Assembly: GCA_009914755.4 (NCBI GenBank)
Contig: CP068257.2
Coordinates: 41,056,001 to 41,120,000 of the forward strand
DNA: 64,000 nucleotides
Source of the DNA: the human T2T-CHM13v2.0 reference genome, Homo sapiens
Direction: 5' to 3'
Notes under the pieces: model-generated
The model's input: the letters and a program-made list of their open reading frames with translations, nothing else
Told to the model about the DNA's origin: nothing
The model's database searches: none
Part shown: in pieces, positions 1-13,700 of the stretch
How the letters are laid out: the number at the start of each line of letters is the position of its first letter
Numbering within the stretch: position 1 is the first letter of the stretch
Position numbers and translations under genes: made by a program

Positions 1-1539
1 GATGAACCAGGAAGAATGAAAGCACTTGGCCTGCTTCTCAGATGGTCTTGGACTGTCTCCGCTCACAGGAGTTGCAGGTTTTTGGGTTTTATGCAAGTTC
101 GGATCACAACAGGCCTCTTGCAAGAACCAGGCATTACCTTTATTCCAAAAGCCTTGCTGGGCCTTCTTGAAAGGACTGGCAGCCACCACTTCCCTAGAAA
201 CCCGTGGCAAGTTCCCTCCTCCCGACCCCCTGCTGTTTGGTCCAGGACCCCCTGCAGTCCTGACTGGGACCCACTTGGCCCTTCTCAAGGGACCCAGCAC
301 AGGACGTGTGTTTCTGCTTTGATGAACCGCCCTTTCCCCCCTGCAGTTCTAGTGGAATCTCCCCTCCCTTATCCCATTCCCACTTGGAAATGATGATGAT
401 GGAATGGGCGATGCCGGCTTACCAAGACATCCAAGCTCTCTGGGTCGAAGTTGGAGAGAGGGGTGCACAAAAAGGATTCCACTCCTGTCTGCCTTCCCCT
501 GCCTCCCCGCTGGGGTGTCCCTTTCCCATGGTTTCCTCTAAATCTTTTCACCCATGTCCAGCCACACCATTCTCACATACTGCCTTGAAACTGGGCTCGA
601 AGGGGCTGCGTGCTGAGAGAAGGTCCTCTCCCCCAGTGATCCTCCAGAGGGGCTGCCGCCTGGGTCCCCCGAGCACCTCCTACCCCACCCTCCCCATTCC
701 TGCCATCCCCAGGGTCCAGGGAGCCCAGATTCCAGGGAAGGGTTGCATTAGCTCCCACTCGGAGTCCTGATGCAGCAGAGACAGACAGAGGCCCTGGGAG
801 AAGTGAGCATGAATTATTAAGACAAGACAAGGGTGAGGCCCCAGAGAGGGGGTGGCGGAAGGGTCATGTTCATGCAGCGAGAGTTGCTTCGAGCTTGAAC
901 CGCGTATCCAGGAGTCAAGCAGATTGCAACTGGCGAGAGGCCTTCAGAAATGCCCCGTGAGAGTCCTGTGTGCAGAGCTCCATCTCAGCACACTTCCTGT
1001 TCTTTTGGTTCGTCGATTTTTGCATTTTCAGTCCCCTGTGATCCATTATTTATAACAGTGGAGATTGGCCTCAGACACTAGCAGTGAGGAAAACAAAAGC
1101 GAAGCTACGCAGAAAAATGACAAGAGTGATGAGCACAGCAGTCATGACAAATGAGCCCTGTGCGGAGGCCCGGGATCCGCGCAGATGCCGGCGCGGGGGA
1201 AATGGGCCCTGAAATCCCACCGTCAGGCCAGGCAGCTCTGAGCGTGACCTGGAGGGCTGTTCAGACGGTCTGGGTAGCCGTGTCCTGCGCATGAACATCC
1301 TCCGTCGGGAGAGGAATTCCCCACGGATTATCAGAGCTGCTCCCTCCACCCCCCGCCACGTCCCACGCGGGCCACATCAACTCCCTCTGCAGCCTCTGGC
1401 CAGCGGCTGAGCCCTCCGTGTCTCCCCTCGTTAATGCCTCCTTCACCATCCCCTCCTGAAGTTTCCCCCATTGCATACACGCGCTGAGGCCCACCCGGTA
1501 TCAAGGACTCCCATTGCTTGCGAAAAAGATTCCACCCCT

Positions 1540-1990
1540 CTTAGAACAGAGACCAGGGCCGCTGTAGCAAATGGCCATAAATGCCACAGCTTAAAACAAC
1601 AGAAACGGATTATCTCGCAGCTCTGGAGGATGGAGTCCAAAATCTGAATCGCTGGGCTGAAATCCAGGTGTGGGCAGGGCCGCGCTCCCTCTAGAGGCTC
1701 CCCCGGAGATTCCCTTCCTTGCCTCTTCCAGCTGCTGGTGGCTGCCAGCAGTTTGGGAATTGCGGCCGCATCACACCACCTTTCTGTTTGTTGTTGACAT
1801 CCCCGCCTCCCCTGCCTGCGGGGTCTTAGATGTCTCTCTCCTTCCCACTGAGTTTCACTCCACATTTGAATTGGATTAACTCATGCCATGTTAGGCAAAC
1901 GTGCCCCTCAAATCCTTCCACTTAACAGACATTTATTGAAGGTTCCTGTGTGCGGGGCCCAAGAGAAGGGACATTAAATTAGGAGATGAA
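1540..1990. mobile_element. Ancient interspersed repeat copy (family not assignable by eye; LTR/MER-like), diverged
   Basis: Matches a very common mammalian repeat I recognise by its motif ...acagaaa(t)ttat(t)ctc(a)cagttctggagg(c)tggagtccaa(g)atc(a)aggtg...ggcagggc...gctccctctaga(g)ggctc...cttccttgcctcttccagct(t)ctggtggct. Confidence 0.35.
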
Positions 1991-2189
1991 CCTTGGGAGG
2001 CCATGGCATGCTTCGGAGCCTCGGCGTCAAAATGACAACCCACACCCCACTTGGCGGTTCATCTGGGGCCCTGGAATCAGCAGACTGAGGCTGGAACCCA
2101 GCAATGGCACATGCTGGCTGTATGTTCTCGGGCCTCAGTTTCAACATCAGTGACATGGGGATAGAATCTGCCCAGCGGAGTTAAGTCAC

Positions 2190-2360
2190 CGCATCCCGGA
2201 GAGCCGAGTGTCTCATAGAGGCTCCTGGTGTGGTCTCCATGCTGCTGCTCAGCACGGAATGAAGAGGTTCAGGAACTTGCCCACAGCCACGGATAATGAG
2301 GGACAGAGCTGGAATTGAGCCCGGGAACCTGCACACACAGCCCAGTGTGACCGTGCCTTC
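2190..2360 (+). mobile_element. MIR SINE fragment
   Basis: MIR core-like string ...ggttcaggaacttgcccacagccacg...gggacagagctggaattgagcccgggaacctg... Confidence 0.5.
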
Positions 2361-2486
2361 TAGAGAGAGGCCAGCCCTGGCACCAGGTGGGCATGCCAGC
2401 ATCACCTTCAAGGTGTGCTTTAAGGATCCAAGATAATGTGGGTGCTTCAACAGATGCATGGCAATAAAAGGAAAGCACCATGTTTC

Positions 2487-3274
2487 ACCTTCACACACAC
2501 ACACTTACACATTCACACACTCACATACTTACACACATTCTCATACACTCACACATATGCTTACACACATTCACAGGCTCACACATGCTTACACACACAT
2601 TCACACGCACACACATTCACACGCACACATACACTTACACACATTCACACACATACACTTACATTCACACACATACACTTACATTCACACTCATACACAT
2701 ACATACATTCACACACATATTCACACATTCACACATACACATTCACACACATACACTTAGACACCACACTCACATTCACACACATTCACATACATTTACA
2801 CACACATCCACACACACATTCACACACATTCACATTTACATTCACAAACATTCACACATACATTCACACGCACTTACAGTCACACATACACTTATACACA
2901 GTCACACAGACTTGCACATAGACTTACACACATACACTTACACACGCACTCACACCTTCACACACACAGGCAATCACACATTCACACTCACGTACACTTA
3001 CCCACACATTCACACATACACACACCACATACACGCATACACTTACACATGCACTCACACACTATCACATTCACACACACATACACTTACAAACTATCAT
3101 TCACACACATACACACATACACATGCATTCACACACATGCTCACACACTCACACATACACTTACACTCACAGTCACATACACCCACATTCACACACATAC
3201 ACTCACATTCACACGCACATACACTCTGACACACATATACATACATTCACTCACACATACATTCACACACACAC
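2487..3274. repeat. ~0.8 kb degenerate CA-rich simple repeat / cryptic minisatellite, (ACACATTCAC/ACACATACACTT)n-like, almost G-free on the + strand
   Basis: Direct reading shows continuous cacacacattcacacatacacttacac... variants. The HTHTH.. ORFs at 2436-3305 are translation artefacts of this repeat. Confidence 0.9.
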
Positions 3275-4049
3275 GGATGCATTAGTTTTCAAGTCAGGAT
3301 CCTAGCACAGCCCACACCCTGCATTTGCTTGGTGTCTCCTGAGGTCTCTAGTTATACTTCCCATCCCTTTTCTTGCCATGTATTTCCTGAACACATGTTA
3401 TCTTTGATCCTTAAACCATGACTTAGAGATACAGATGTATGACAAGCTGAGAGATGATGTGAGACTGTTGTTAATTTTTTCTCCATGTACTAATTACATT
3501 GTGGTTATCTTAACCACAAAGGAAGCGTTCTACTCCAGAGAACCGCGTGGAAACAGTGCAGATGGACTAGCACGATACCTGAGAGGAGCTTTAGGATAAC
3601 TCCGGTGCTGGGGAGGTTGGGGCCCAGTTCAAGCAGGAGGGGAGGCGTGGGGACAGGTGTTGAAGCTGTGGGTGTGCAGCGGAGGCTTCATGACGCTTTC
3701 CTCCTGCTCTTGTGTACGTCTGAGCATTTCCATAACAGGGAAGTGTTTTGTTTTGTTTTTTAAATAACATTTTAAATGCCTCTGGCACATGGGAATCCAT
3801 GGTAATTTCTGTCGTTGTTGTATATTCTTTTTCAAATGCAAGGACCTGAAAAATATCTCCTAAACTGGAAAAGGAAATGAGGCTGAATACAGATTTTATT
3901 TTAGCAAATAGAGAAGCAGTGATTGTCTGGCGGTTAACTGTAATCCATTCTGAGTGTGACTTTACTGTTAAGTATTCTAAAAACAAGAGACCAAACAAAA
4001 TGAACAATATGTCCAAATGTGTATATATATAATTTGTAACTAGAGGTAA

Positions 4050-4135
4050 ATTGCAGATGAATTGCAGATGTACACAGACAGATGGATGGACAGATGATTG
4101 ATATAGATTGATTGACAGATGATTCATAGATAACT
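4050..4135. repeat. (GATG/GATT)n-like imperfect microsatellite
   Basis: cagatgaattgcagatgtacacagacagatggatggacagatgattgatatagattgattgacagatgattcatagata. Confidence 0.7.
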
Positions 4136-6765
4136 TGCAATGTTTCTTCAGTGAACGCATATTTATTTCTTGGGTAATAAGAAAAAACAATAGAATGTGG
4201 AATTTGGGGCTTGGCCTCTTTTAGCTCATTTAAAAAAATATTAAACACTTGGAATTATCGAGCGCTGAAAAAGGCAATAGAAAATTCACCTTTTAACTCC
4301 CTCAAAGATAGAAATGTGTGAATCTGCTAGTGGGTTGCGTTTGGCTGGTCCTGCAGGCTGATTTGGTCTGTTCTCTCTCCCAGAGAGATCCCCAAGCCCG
4401 GCTGAGATGTGCCTGTTTGTCTTGAGGGCAGACAAAGCCTAGCAAAATCTTATGGAAGCTGATATAAAAGCTTAATAGCTTATAAAAGCTCTAAAAATGA
4501 TTCACAGTCTAGGATAGAGAAAATAAAAGGAATTTGAATTGGTTTATTTTCCTTTAGAGGAGCCTAAATCAATATTTATTCTGAGTATGCAATCAGAAAT
4601 ATCAGTAATTTGAGAACAAGGCAAACAGAGCTGCACATCCCGTTATGGCCACGAGCCCACCTCGCCTTCGTTCAGACCACAGCTGAAGGTCTGACTTAGG
4701 TGCAGCACGCACCCCTGGAGCTGAGGGCCTGGAGCAGGGCCAGGCCGGGCTCTTCTCTCTCTTGTCTGTCCTCGTCTGTGGGGGAATGAAGATGACACAG
4801 CACTCAGGAGGTCCTTTTCAGGACCCAGAGTCACTGGGCTTTTAGGGCGTTTGGCTCTGGTTCTAGCCCGAGTGTGGTCTCAGTCCCCATTGGTGGTTGT
4901 GGTTGTGGCATGGGCATCATTAGTCACACAACATAAAACCACAGAACGCAGAATTTGCTCACCCTGGTTCACACAGGAGCAAGCTTGGGCACCAGCACCC
5001 CCTGAACGCATGCCAAAGGGCAGGTCCAGCTCAGTGCTGGGGTGTGGAGGAACCCACCTGGGGCCTGCCTGCAAAGACAGATGCCCTGCCGTGTTTAGAA
5101 AAAGAGAAAACTGGCCTAAACCACAGTGAGGTCAAATGGATCATTTAACCCGTCGAGTTTGGTTTCTTGTTCATCCGACGCGGTTGATCTTATTAACGCA
5201 TATGTGTTTGTGTTGATGTGGCCTCCAGCTTCTGTCGCACTGTGGACACAGTTGGATGTGGCTGCTAATCAATGCGGGGCTCCGTAGGTCAGTGAGAGCA
5301 ATCAGAGCCTGCTGTGCGGTGGCATCCCCGAGTTAAGACAGGCTTTTGTCCCATACTCTATTGAAACACCCAGAAATGCTGACATGTTGAAGTTAAGGCC
5401 ATGTGCCTTGGTGCTACTTGCTTGCGAAACAGCCTTTGAAGGAAAAAGGAGGAGGAGGATCCATGAGTTTCAAGGGTCCCCTCCTGTAATCACGGCTGCC
5501 ACTCAACGGAGTAAGTAATGTGTAGCGGGCCCTCTATCTGCATGACGAATCCTCCTAACATTCCTGTGGGCGAGGTAGGATTTGTCTCGCTTTGCAGCCG
5601 AAGAATCAGAGCCTCAGAAAAGTTAAGAAATCTTCCCTGGGTCAAGCTGGTAGGAGGAGGGACTGGAACTGAACTCACATCTCCACCTCCTCTCTTCCTA
5701 CTCCTCTGCCTTTCTTGCACCTAGAGCAGTGTACAACATCAACAACTGACCAGGGCGATCCTAGAGGTAAGAGACAGCCGAATGGCACGGACCCAGCCAA
5801 GCCCAGGCCTGCCCAGGTGGAACAGAGCCAGCTAGGAGCATTCGGTAGCAGAGGTCAGTCCGCTGATTGACTGTTCTCACTTCCAGGCCCACAGCCTCCT
5901 CCACCCTGATGGTCTATGAGTCTAGTGCGGCCCTTTGCACAATTTTAGCAACTGAACCCTTTTCCTCACAGAATTGTGATACCGTCCTAACATATGAAGC
6001 ATATATAAACAGTTGGGCAAATCATAATAGTTTCCATTATTTCATAAATTTGCATTTGTGGCACCAAGGAGAGAATTAATGGGAACAAGAGGGTTCTTGT
6101 GTGAGTTCCGCATTTGGATTTGGGGGTTCGAGGTGGCAGCTATAGGCTCACATTAGTGTCTGCATCACTTTGCTTCAGTTTGTCACGGTGGCCCCCCAAA
6201 TCCAGAACCGCCCTCCTCGCTGTGTGAGGAGGGTCCTGCCTGCACCGCTTTGCAGACATGGGCCAGCCTGGATGCCTGGGCGACGCTGCCCTGCGACTCG
6301 CTGGCCTGCAGGACATCTGCAAAACATTCAGGTCTCACGGCAGTGGCCATGAACGGCCTCACAGACACTGAGTGGACCTGACCCCAAAGAGAATGCGTCG
6401 TCCTTGAACGTGTCGATATTTAGGTTATTACACAATGAGTGTGTTGCTTTGCAATTAGTGTCTGAAAGAGTTAGAGCAGATGTACATATAGAAACGAAGA
6501 AACGAAATCTGAATCCATGCTGACAGATTCCCCCTCCCCAAACCTTGCTCAAGGTAACACAGGCGACCAGGAGCAAGTCCCGGCCGGCCCCCTGCTAGCG
6601 TGGTCTGAGTGGCCCAAGCAGGACCCCTGCCCAGGCTCACTGGACTCTCCTGGAGCCCCCAGACACGACACCCTTCCTCATCACTGAAAATCCACTTCCA
6701 CAGTGTAGGAGATGCATGGATCTGAGGGCCAGTAGGAAGTGCTGGAGCTTTAGGCTTTAGACATT

Positions 6766-6830
6766 CTTTTTTTTTTTTTTTTTGAGACAGGGTCTCCATT
6801 TGTGGCCCAGGCTGGGGTACAGTGGCGTGA
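6766..6830 (-). mobile_element. Truncated Alu fragment (poly-T plus ~45 bp of the Alu 3' end, antisense)
   Basis: ttttttttttttttttttgagacagggtctccatttgtggcccaggctggggtacagtggcgtga. Confidence 0.6.
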
Positions 6831-8282
6831 GAAATTCTTTAACACTCTGCCGAGTCCTGGCCCTTGGGGAGTGAGGCCTGGCTATGAGGCTTCTTGTCAG
6901 AACTCCGTGTGACTCTCAGGATGGAAGAACAGGGTGGGGGCTGCTCCTCCCCTCCCTCCCTCCAGCCCCTGGCCTTTGTAAAACGGCTCCGCCTACGCGC
7001 CTGTAGCCAGTGCAGAACCAGGGAGGCCTCTCCCCTTCCCTTCCCAGGAGGGGCCCCGCCTTGTCCTCCATGCCGGATTCTGTTCGTCCTCCCCCAGGTC
7101 CTCTCTGCTGCCTCCCACTGCCCCATTTCCTCCAGGAACCTTCCTCTCTCCTACCACCAGCCTCTCTCCTACCCCCAGACACACACTCTTTACATGCCGA
7201 TTTCTGTCCTCTGGTTAACTGGCGTTTAATTTTCTCAGCTGCTTGGCTTAATGCCAAAGAGTGTTCTTCCAAATAAAAATGGTAAAGACCTTTTTTCTCC
7301 CATGAGAATTTTATGTAAACGCAGTGCAGCATGCTCGTAGGCTGGTTCTGTTATCAATTTCTAAGCTCAGCTTCCAGAGCTAGAGAACTTTTTTATTGGT
7401 TATAAAAACCCTACATATTCAGTGCAGAAATTCTGAAAAATGCAGAACAGTATCAGGGAGAAAATAACTCATCCCCCACTACCCAGAGAAAACCGCTGTT
7501 AACACCGAAGTGCCACAGTTGCTGGCGTTCTCACACAGGTGTGCGTTTAGGAGTGTGTAAGTGCGTGTAAGTGTGTGTCTGGCTTTCTTTCACATAATTT
7601 TGTGTCCTGATCATTTTCACTCAGCATTACATCAGCAGCGGTTTCCAATATAGCATTAAATTGTCTTCAAAAACATGATTTTAATGCCTCTATAAAGTTC
7701 CATCATGGAGGCTCACTAAAATGTAATCACTTCATTGTTTATGAGATACTCAGCTTAATTCCATTTCTCTGCAGTGAATAATCCAGAGGAACACGCTCAG
7801 TGTGCATCTTTGCTTGCAGCAGGGCAGCGCAGGGCATTGGTTGGGGTATAAATCCGGGGGTGCAGTGGAGATTAGATTAGATCGTCCGTGGAAAGCACCA
7901 GAATGGTGCCTGGCACTTAATAAATGCTCTTATTAGTATGTTTATCTTCATTATGTCCCTAAGAGCCATTCCTGGAAATGAGACTGTGAGTCAAAGGGCA
8001 CAAATACCGCCAACCTGCTTTCCGACAGCGCTGTGTGGATACACGGGCCCGAACGGCGCCAGCCTCACTGCCTCTGCGTTAGTGCCGCCACTTCATCTCA
8101 GATACTCTCCTGAAGATAAGAGGAGAGTCCCATGCAGCCATAAGAAAGACAACGGAGAGATCTGTGTACCCTCCACCCAGTCTCCCCTACTGGGACTGTC
8201 GTGCAAAATTATGGCCCAGTCTTACAACCAGGGTATTGACAGCGAGACAAGCCCCCATCTGATCCAGATTCTCCAGTTGTAC

Positions 8283-8700
8283 TTGCTGATGTCGTTTAGA
8301 TATTTGTCCCCGCCAAATCTCATGTTGAATTGGTATCCTCAGTGTTGGAGTGGGGCCTGGTGGGAGGTGACTGGATCGTGGGGTGGGTTTCTCACAAATG
8401 GTTTAGTGCCATCCCCTTGGTGCTATCCTTGAGATAGTGAATTCTTGCAAGATCTGGTTGTTTATGTGTGAAGGTAGAAGGCATCTCCTCTCTCTCCCTC
8501 ACGGGTGTGCACGCCTCCCTTCATCATGTGATATGCCTGCTCCTGTTTCACCTTCCATCCTGAGTGAAAGCTCCCTGAGGCCTCCCCAGAAGCCCAGTGA
8601 TGTCGGTGCCATGCTTATACAGCCTGCAGAACTGTGAGCCAATTAGAAATTGGCTTTATAAATGACCCAGTCTCAGATATTTCTTTATAGCAATGCAAGA
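8283..8700 (+). mobile_element. Solo LTR of the MaLR (THE1/MST-like) family
   Basis: Characteristic LTR string gtccccgccaaatctcatgttgaattggtatcctcagtgttggagtggggcctggtgggaggtgactggatcgtgggg ... ccatgcttatacagcctgcagaactgtgagccaattagaaattggctttataaatgacccagtctcagatatttctttatagcaatgcaagaacag. This matches the remembered THE1/MST consensus (tgtccccacccaaatctcatcttgaattgtagctccc...gggaggtaattgaatcatggggg...ccatgtggaactgtgagtc...tttataaattacccagtctc). Confidence 0.6.
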
Positions 8701-10027
8701 ACAGCCTCATGCACTTGTACTCACTTGAGCATGTGCACTTACTTCTGCACGATGTTCTTGCCTGTGTAGACTCTTACATCCACAACCACAGTCACAGTCT
8801 AGAACATTCCATCGCCGCAAGGCTGCCTCTTATAACCAACCACATCCCCTACCTGCACCCATTTCCAACACCCCATGCCTAACTCGATTTCCAGCACCCC
8901 GTCCTGGTGAACATGAATCTGTTCTCTATCTCTTCAATTCCGTCATTTCAAGAATATTATATAAATGGGATTACACAGTATGTAACCTCTTGAGACTGGC
9001 TTTTTCCAACTGGCATCATTCCCTTGAGATCCATCCAAGTGGTTGTGTGCACCTTTTCCTTGCTGAGCCGTGTTCCATGTTGTGGGCCGACCCCAGTTTA
9101 GCACTCGCCCATTGGAGGGTTGGAGGGCATCCGACTCATCTCTAGTGTGGGGCAGTGCGTCACCTTCTCACAATTGTCAACGGGATTGTCACTAGTATTT
9201 GCCTTCCATGTCTTGGAGGCCAATGTGGCTGCTCTTAGAAATCAGTCCTCCTTATTTTGGTTGGGGAGATTTCTGATGTCAGTTTGACGTTTATAATTAA
9301 TAAGCATCATCATCAAGTTACAAGAGTAAATAAAAATATGAGGCAGGGTGAAATGTAAGATGCTCGAGAGGCTGAGATCAGTAGCTGTGTGAATACAGCA
9401 GGGCGGGCACCAGCAGTGAGCTCCACGGGGCCCAGCGTCCGGCCTCATTAACCAGCTGCCCTTGGGGAGGAGCAGAGCCCGCTCTTCCCTCCTGGGGAAG
9501 GGTAGTGTGATGGAAAGACAGGCTGCCCTTCTCTCCTGCAGGAGCTCAGCATCATGCTGTGTACATGCCTGGGCTCTCTTCTTCAGCCCTAGCCACTTAA
9601 AACCACTTGGAGGGAAAGATTGTAGAATAATTATAATGAGGAAAATTTCGCTCCAGATTCGTTACTCCAAGTTCAGAGAAGCTCTGTAAAAATTGTTGCT
9701 AAGGCAATTGAATAAAGAATGTCAGCCGATGTAAGCGATAACAGCAAGACAATGAACATAATTGCATGTTTTACAACAACCAACCTCAAAGCATGACTTC
9801 CCTGACATAGATATGTTTTTTAATGATTTTGAAAGGTAACACAGACATTTTCAGGGATTTGGAGAGGAAACTAATGCCATCCTGGTTTACCAGCTTTATG
9901 GGGTCATCTCTCCGGTGAAAAAGACTGCAGCCAGCCTCGCAGAGAGGGCGCTGTCTTAGGGAGGCACCTCCAACTGTCCCCGCGACCCAGCCCCTAAGTG
10001 CTTCACATCAACACTGTTCTTTTGTGA

Positions 10028-10392
<365 letters not shown>

Positions 10393-13300
10393 TAGTTATC
10401 TTGTTTGTCCAGGAATTGGAGCATTTCTAGGTAGCACCACAAATGTCTGTGCAAGAAACCCACAATTTCCAGTGGTCATTGGCTTTGTGCCAATCCAAAC
10501 TAGAGTCTGACAAACCCAGCAAGAAATATTCGCGGCAGCTGCAAGGAAGCTCCTCAAATAGAAATAGAAAAATGAACCAGGGTCTGCTCTTCCCTTCCGG
10601 GTGTGGAATCAACGGAAGCCGACTCAACACAGAGCCCTGGGGGCGTGAGGGGTTTGGCGGGATCTCTGCCGGCTGCAGATCTCTGCTCTGTTATTACCAG
10701 CCCTTCTGCCCAGCTCCTAATTGCTCTGAAGAGGGAATAATTTTCTCAGCAGCCATTGCCAGCCACATTTGGACTGAATAGATGCTGAAATGGCAAGGGT
10801 AAATGGGGCAGAGACAGTGAAAAGCCATTTTCTATCTGGAGCCCAAATAAAATCTTCCTCCCACACTCCTGCCTGGCTCCTCCGCAGCCTCAATGCCCTT
10901 CTGAGAGCTGCCTGCCCCAGTAGGAGGCCAGGCTGGGACCAAGGACACCCAGTTCTGGGTAACCATCTTCCCATGGCTCCTTGGACAACCACCTTAAAGA
11001 AGGGAAAGGCAAGAAGCAGAAGGAAAGCAGAGGCTGGACATTGGAATCAGCCTTTCTTTAAACTAAAAAAAAGTTTTCACATATGTGAATGCGTGTGTGA
11101 ATTTGAAGTCGTATGTGGAAGGGGCCATATATCCGTCAATGCATGCTCCAAAAATCAGAACTGATGGACGGCAAACAGCATCGGATGTGCAGCCAGCATT
11201 CTTCCGGCGGCCACCTCCCGGGGGAAATAGGTGCAGCAGACAGGACCGTCTGTGGGACGGGGACAGGCAAGCATGACAGCAGGTACCACAGATCAGGGTG
11301 CACAGACAGGGCTGGGGGAGGCAGCGTGGCACGGCACCCACTTCCCCTCGGCGTGTCTGGGCTGAAGCCCAGTGGACTCCCGCTGATCAGAAGGATCCTC
11401 CACTAGAAGGATCTCACTGGACGAGTCCCCTCCAAACTGGAACATGCAGGTGCCTTGGGCTTCATGCTGCACCTTTCAGATAAAAACACACAGGTGAGCT
11501 GGGAGAGCTGGAGTCCCATGGACCCCAGAGATCCAGGTCACGAGGAGGGGATCGCGCTGCACCAGGACACATTCACCAAGGTGAGCCCTGGTTCCTCCCC
11601 ACAGGCTGTGGGCAAGGAAGTGTCGATGCCAGGCTGGCTCAGTAGGTGGAAGAACCTTCCGGAATGCCTGCCCGCAGGCTGCTGCTGGCATCGAGTCTGT
11701 GTCCTATTTTCCATTCACTGCATGCATCCTCCAAGTATGATTTCCACTCGGAACCCTGAGCTGCCTCATCCCTCGCTCCGTCTCCCCTCCCTCCCGCCCA
11801 GCTCACACTGAAATCACGCCTCGCGTTCAGCGGCTGGAGTCCTGGTGGATTGCTGCTTCGGGGCTCTCAGAAATCCCTTTACTTGAGTCTTGGTTTTACA
11901 GGAAGACCATGAAGCACCCCCCAGGAGCTGGAGCTCCTCCTTCTGGACCCAGTGTCTCTTCTCAGCCTCACGACGAGGAGACCTGCTCATGGAGCTGCTG
12001 CGCCGGCCTGAGCTCTGATCCCTCCTCCGACCCAGCCTCACCCTGCAAGCAGCACCATGTGGGGCTCAGAATGGGGATCTTAAGGGACCCTTCCCACAAC
12101 CTCCCGATAAGCCTTTCCACGGAGGGCCCAAGCGGAGACAGGAGAACACTGTATTTGATAAAATAGAGTCAAATCCAGGAAAATGCCTCTGGACCCGGAA
12201 AGGAAACGACTCACCCCCCACCCATGAGAGACCCTTCTGTCCTGTCCCTTAACCCAGAGGCCCTGGGCATGGGTTTCGCAGCCCCCTGGAGGCCAGACCC
12301 TCAAACTCCAGCCTTGTTTCTTCTAAGTGTGCCAGTCAAGATGCTTCTCACTGCAAGAAACAGACTCTTTCTCAAGCCAGTTCAAGAAGATCTGCGTTGC
12401 TGCAGAGGCCGATGGGTGTGGGGAGCAGGCTCAGTGAGAGACTGTCGTAAGGAGGCTGAGAGGTCTTCAGAAAAATCCCCAGGACCTGGGGTGCCAGGAG
12501 CCTGGGCGGGCCTGGGCTCTCGCAGCCTGCAGCCCCTCCCCTCCCTCTCACAGCCTCCGCTGCCCCCGGGCTCAGGGCCCCTGCCTGTGCCTTCTCCTGA
12601 GGCTTCTCCTTTTTACCTCTCAGGGTCCCAGTGTGGCCAGCCCGGCACTAAACCCATGCGACCCTGGCTCACTGACAGTCGCCACCAGCTCCACATCTCT
12701 CAGTAAAAGTTCCCCCAAAAGAGTGTGATTGGGAGCTAGCCAGCGGGGCTTAAGGCAGCCCCCTGCTCCAGTCCCCTTGGCCATGGAGACAGGGCAGGGT
12801 TAGCAGGAGGCAAGGCATGCGCAGGACAGCTGGCCGGCAGAGGTCCCGTGTGCTGTCATGGGTGCAGGGTGGACACTGTGACCCTGGGTCCCCCACTTGG
12901 AAGGGGTGATCTAGAGGGACTTTTGTCAGAAAGACCCCCACCCAGCCAATCTGACTGATGGGGCCATCACCTTGACAACAGGCTTGGTGGCAAAGCAAGA
13001 GGGTACAACCGACCAGAGCCCCGGGTCCCCTGTGCCCTCCTGCACTGCCTGACAGGGCTGGGCCATGGCCCGTACCAACCGTGAGCTGAGCCAGGAATCC
13101 AGTCAAACCGTGTGCCTGAGTGACACGTAGCTCTCTTCCTTCTCTGGATTCACTGCTGATCAACCCCAACAAGCAGCAGGACTGTCTTGCTGTGAACCCA
13201 CCGCTTGCGGACCCCTCCCCAGGCCTCCATTCCCGCCTTTCTGAAGGTCAAGGCAGCGCCCTCCCCAAGAAACGGTGGGAACAGAGGAGCCAGGTGTTCG

Positions 13301-13584
13301 TTCTTCCCAGCTCCGGAAACGCTGCGGATTGCGCACTCGAGTTCCTGCTGACATAACAGTGGCTGCCAGACAAAATGTGGCGAAAAGTTTTTCTAGGTGC
13401 CTTTGTTCACTCAGAGACTTCCTAGAGACTTGTGTGAAAATCACAGGATTTGCAACCAGTGGGGACGTTGAGATTCGTGGCAACTGAAATGATACAAACT
13501 TGAACTTTGTGTCAAACCAGTAGTGTTTTGTGTAATTCTTTTCAAACCTGTCATTTCACTTACTGCTTCTCACAGCCCCAAGGG

Positions 13585-13700
13585 GCAGGTGGAGTTGATG
13601 CCATCAACCCTATTTACAGAATGGTAAACTGAGGCTCCCACTGGTTATGCGCTTGCCCACAGGGTTGAAAGAGAAGCCATGGACAAAAGGAGTCACTGGT
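13585..13700. mobile_element. MIR SINE fragment
   Basis: tttacagaatggtaaactgaggctcccactggttatgcgcttgcccacagggttgaaag, compared with the MIR core tttacagatgaggaaactgaggctcagagaggttaagtaacttgcccaaggtcacac. Confidence 0.5.

Noticed and set aside
2436-3305. Five overlapping + strand ORFs up to 249 aa made of His/Thr/Tyr/Ser repeats (HTHTYTFTHS...)
   Set aside because: They are periodic translations of the CA-rich simple repeat. They have no start context or splice sites, and the composition is dictated by the ACACAT/TCACAC repeat.
3591-4248. 199-aa and 104-aa minus-strand ORFs
   Set aside because: They lie in AT-rich low-complexity sequence containing a GATG/GATT microsatellite. No splice signals or codon bias are present.
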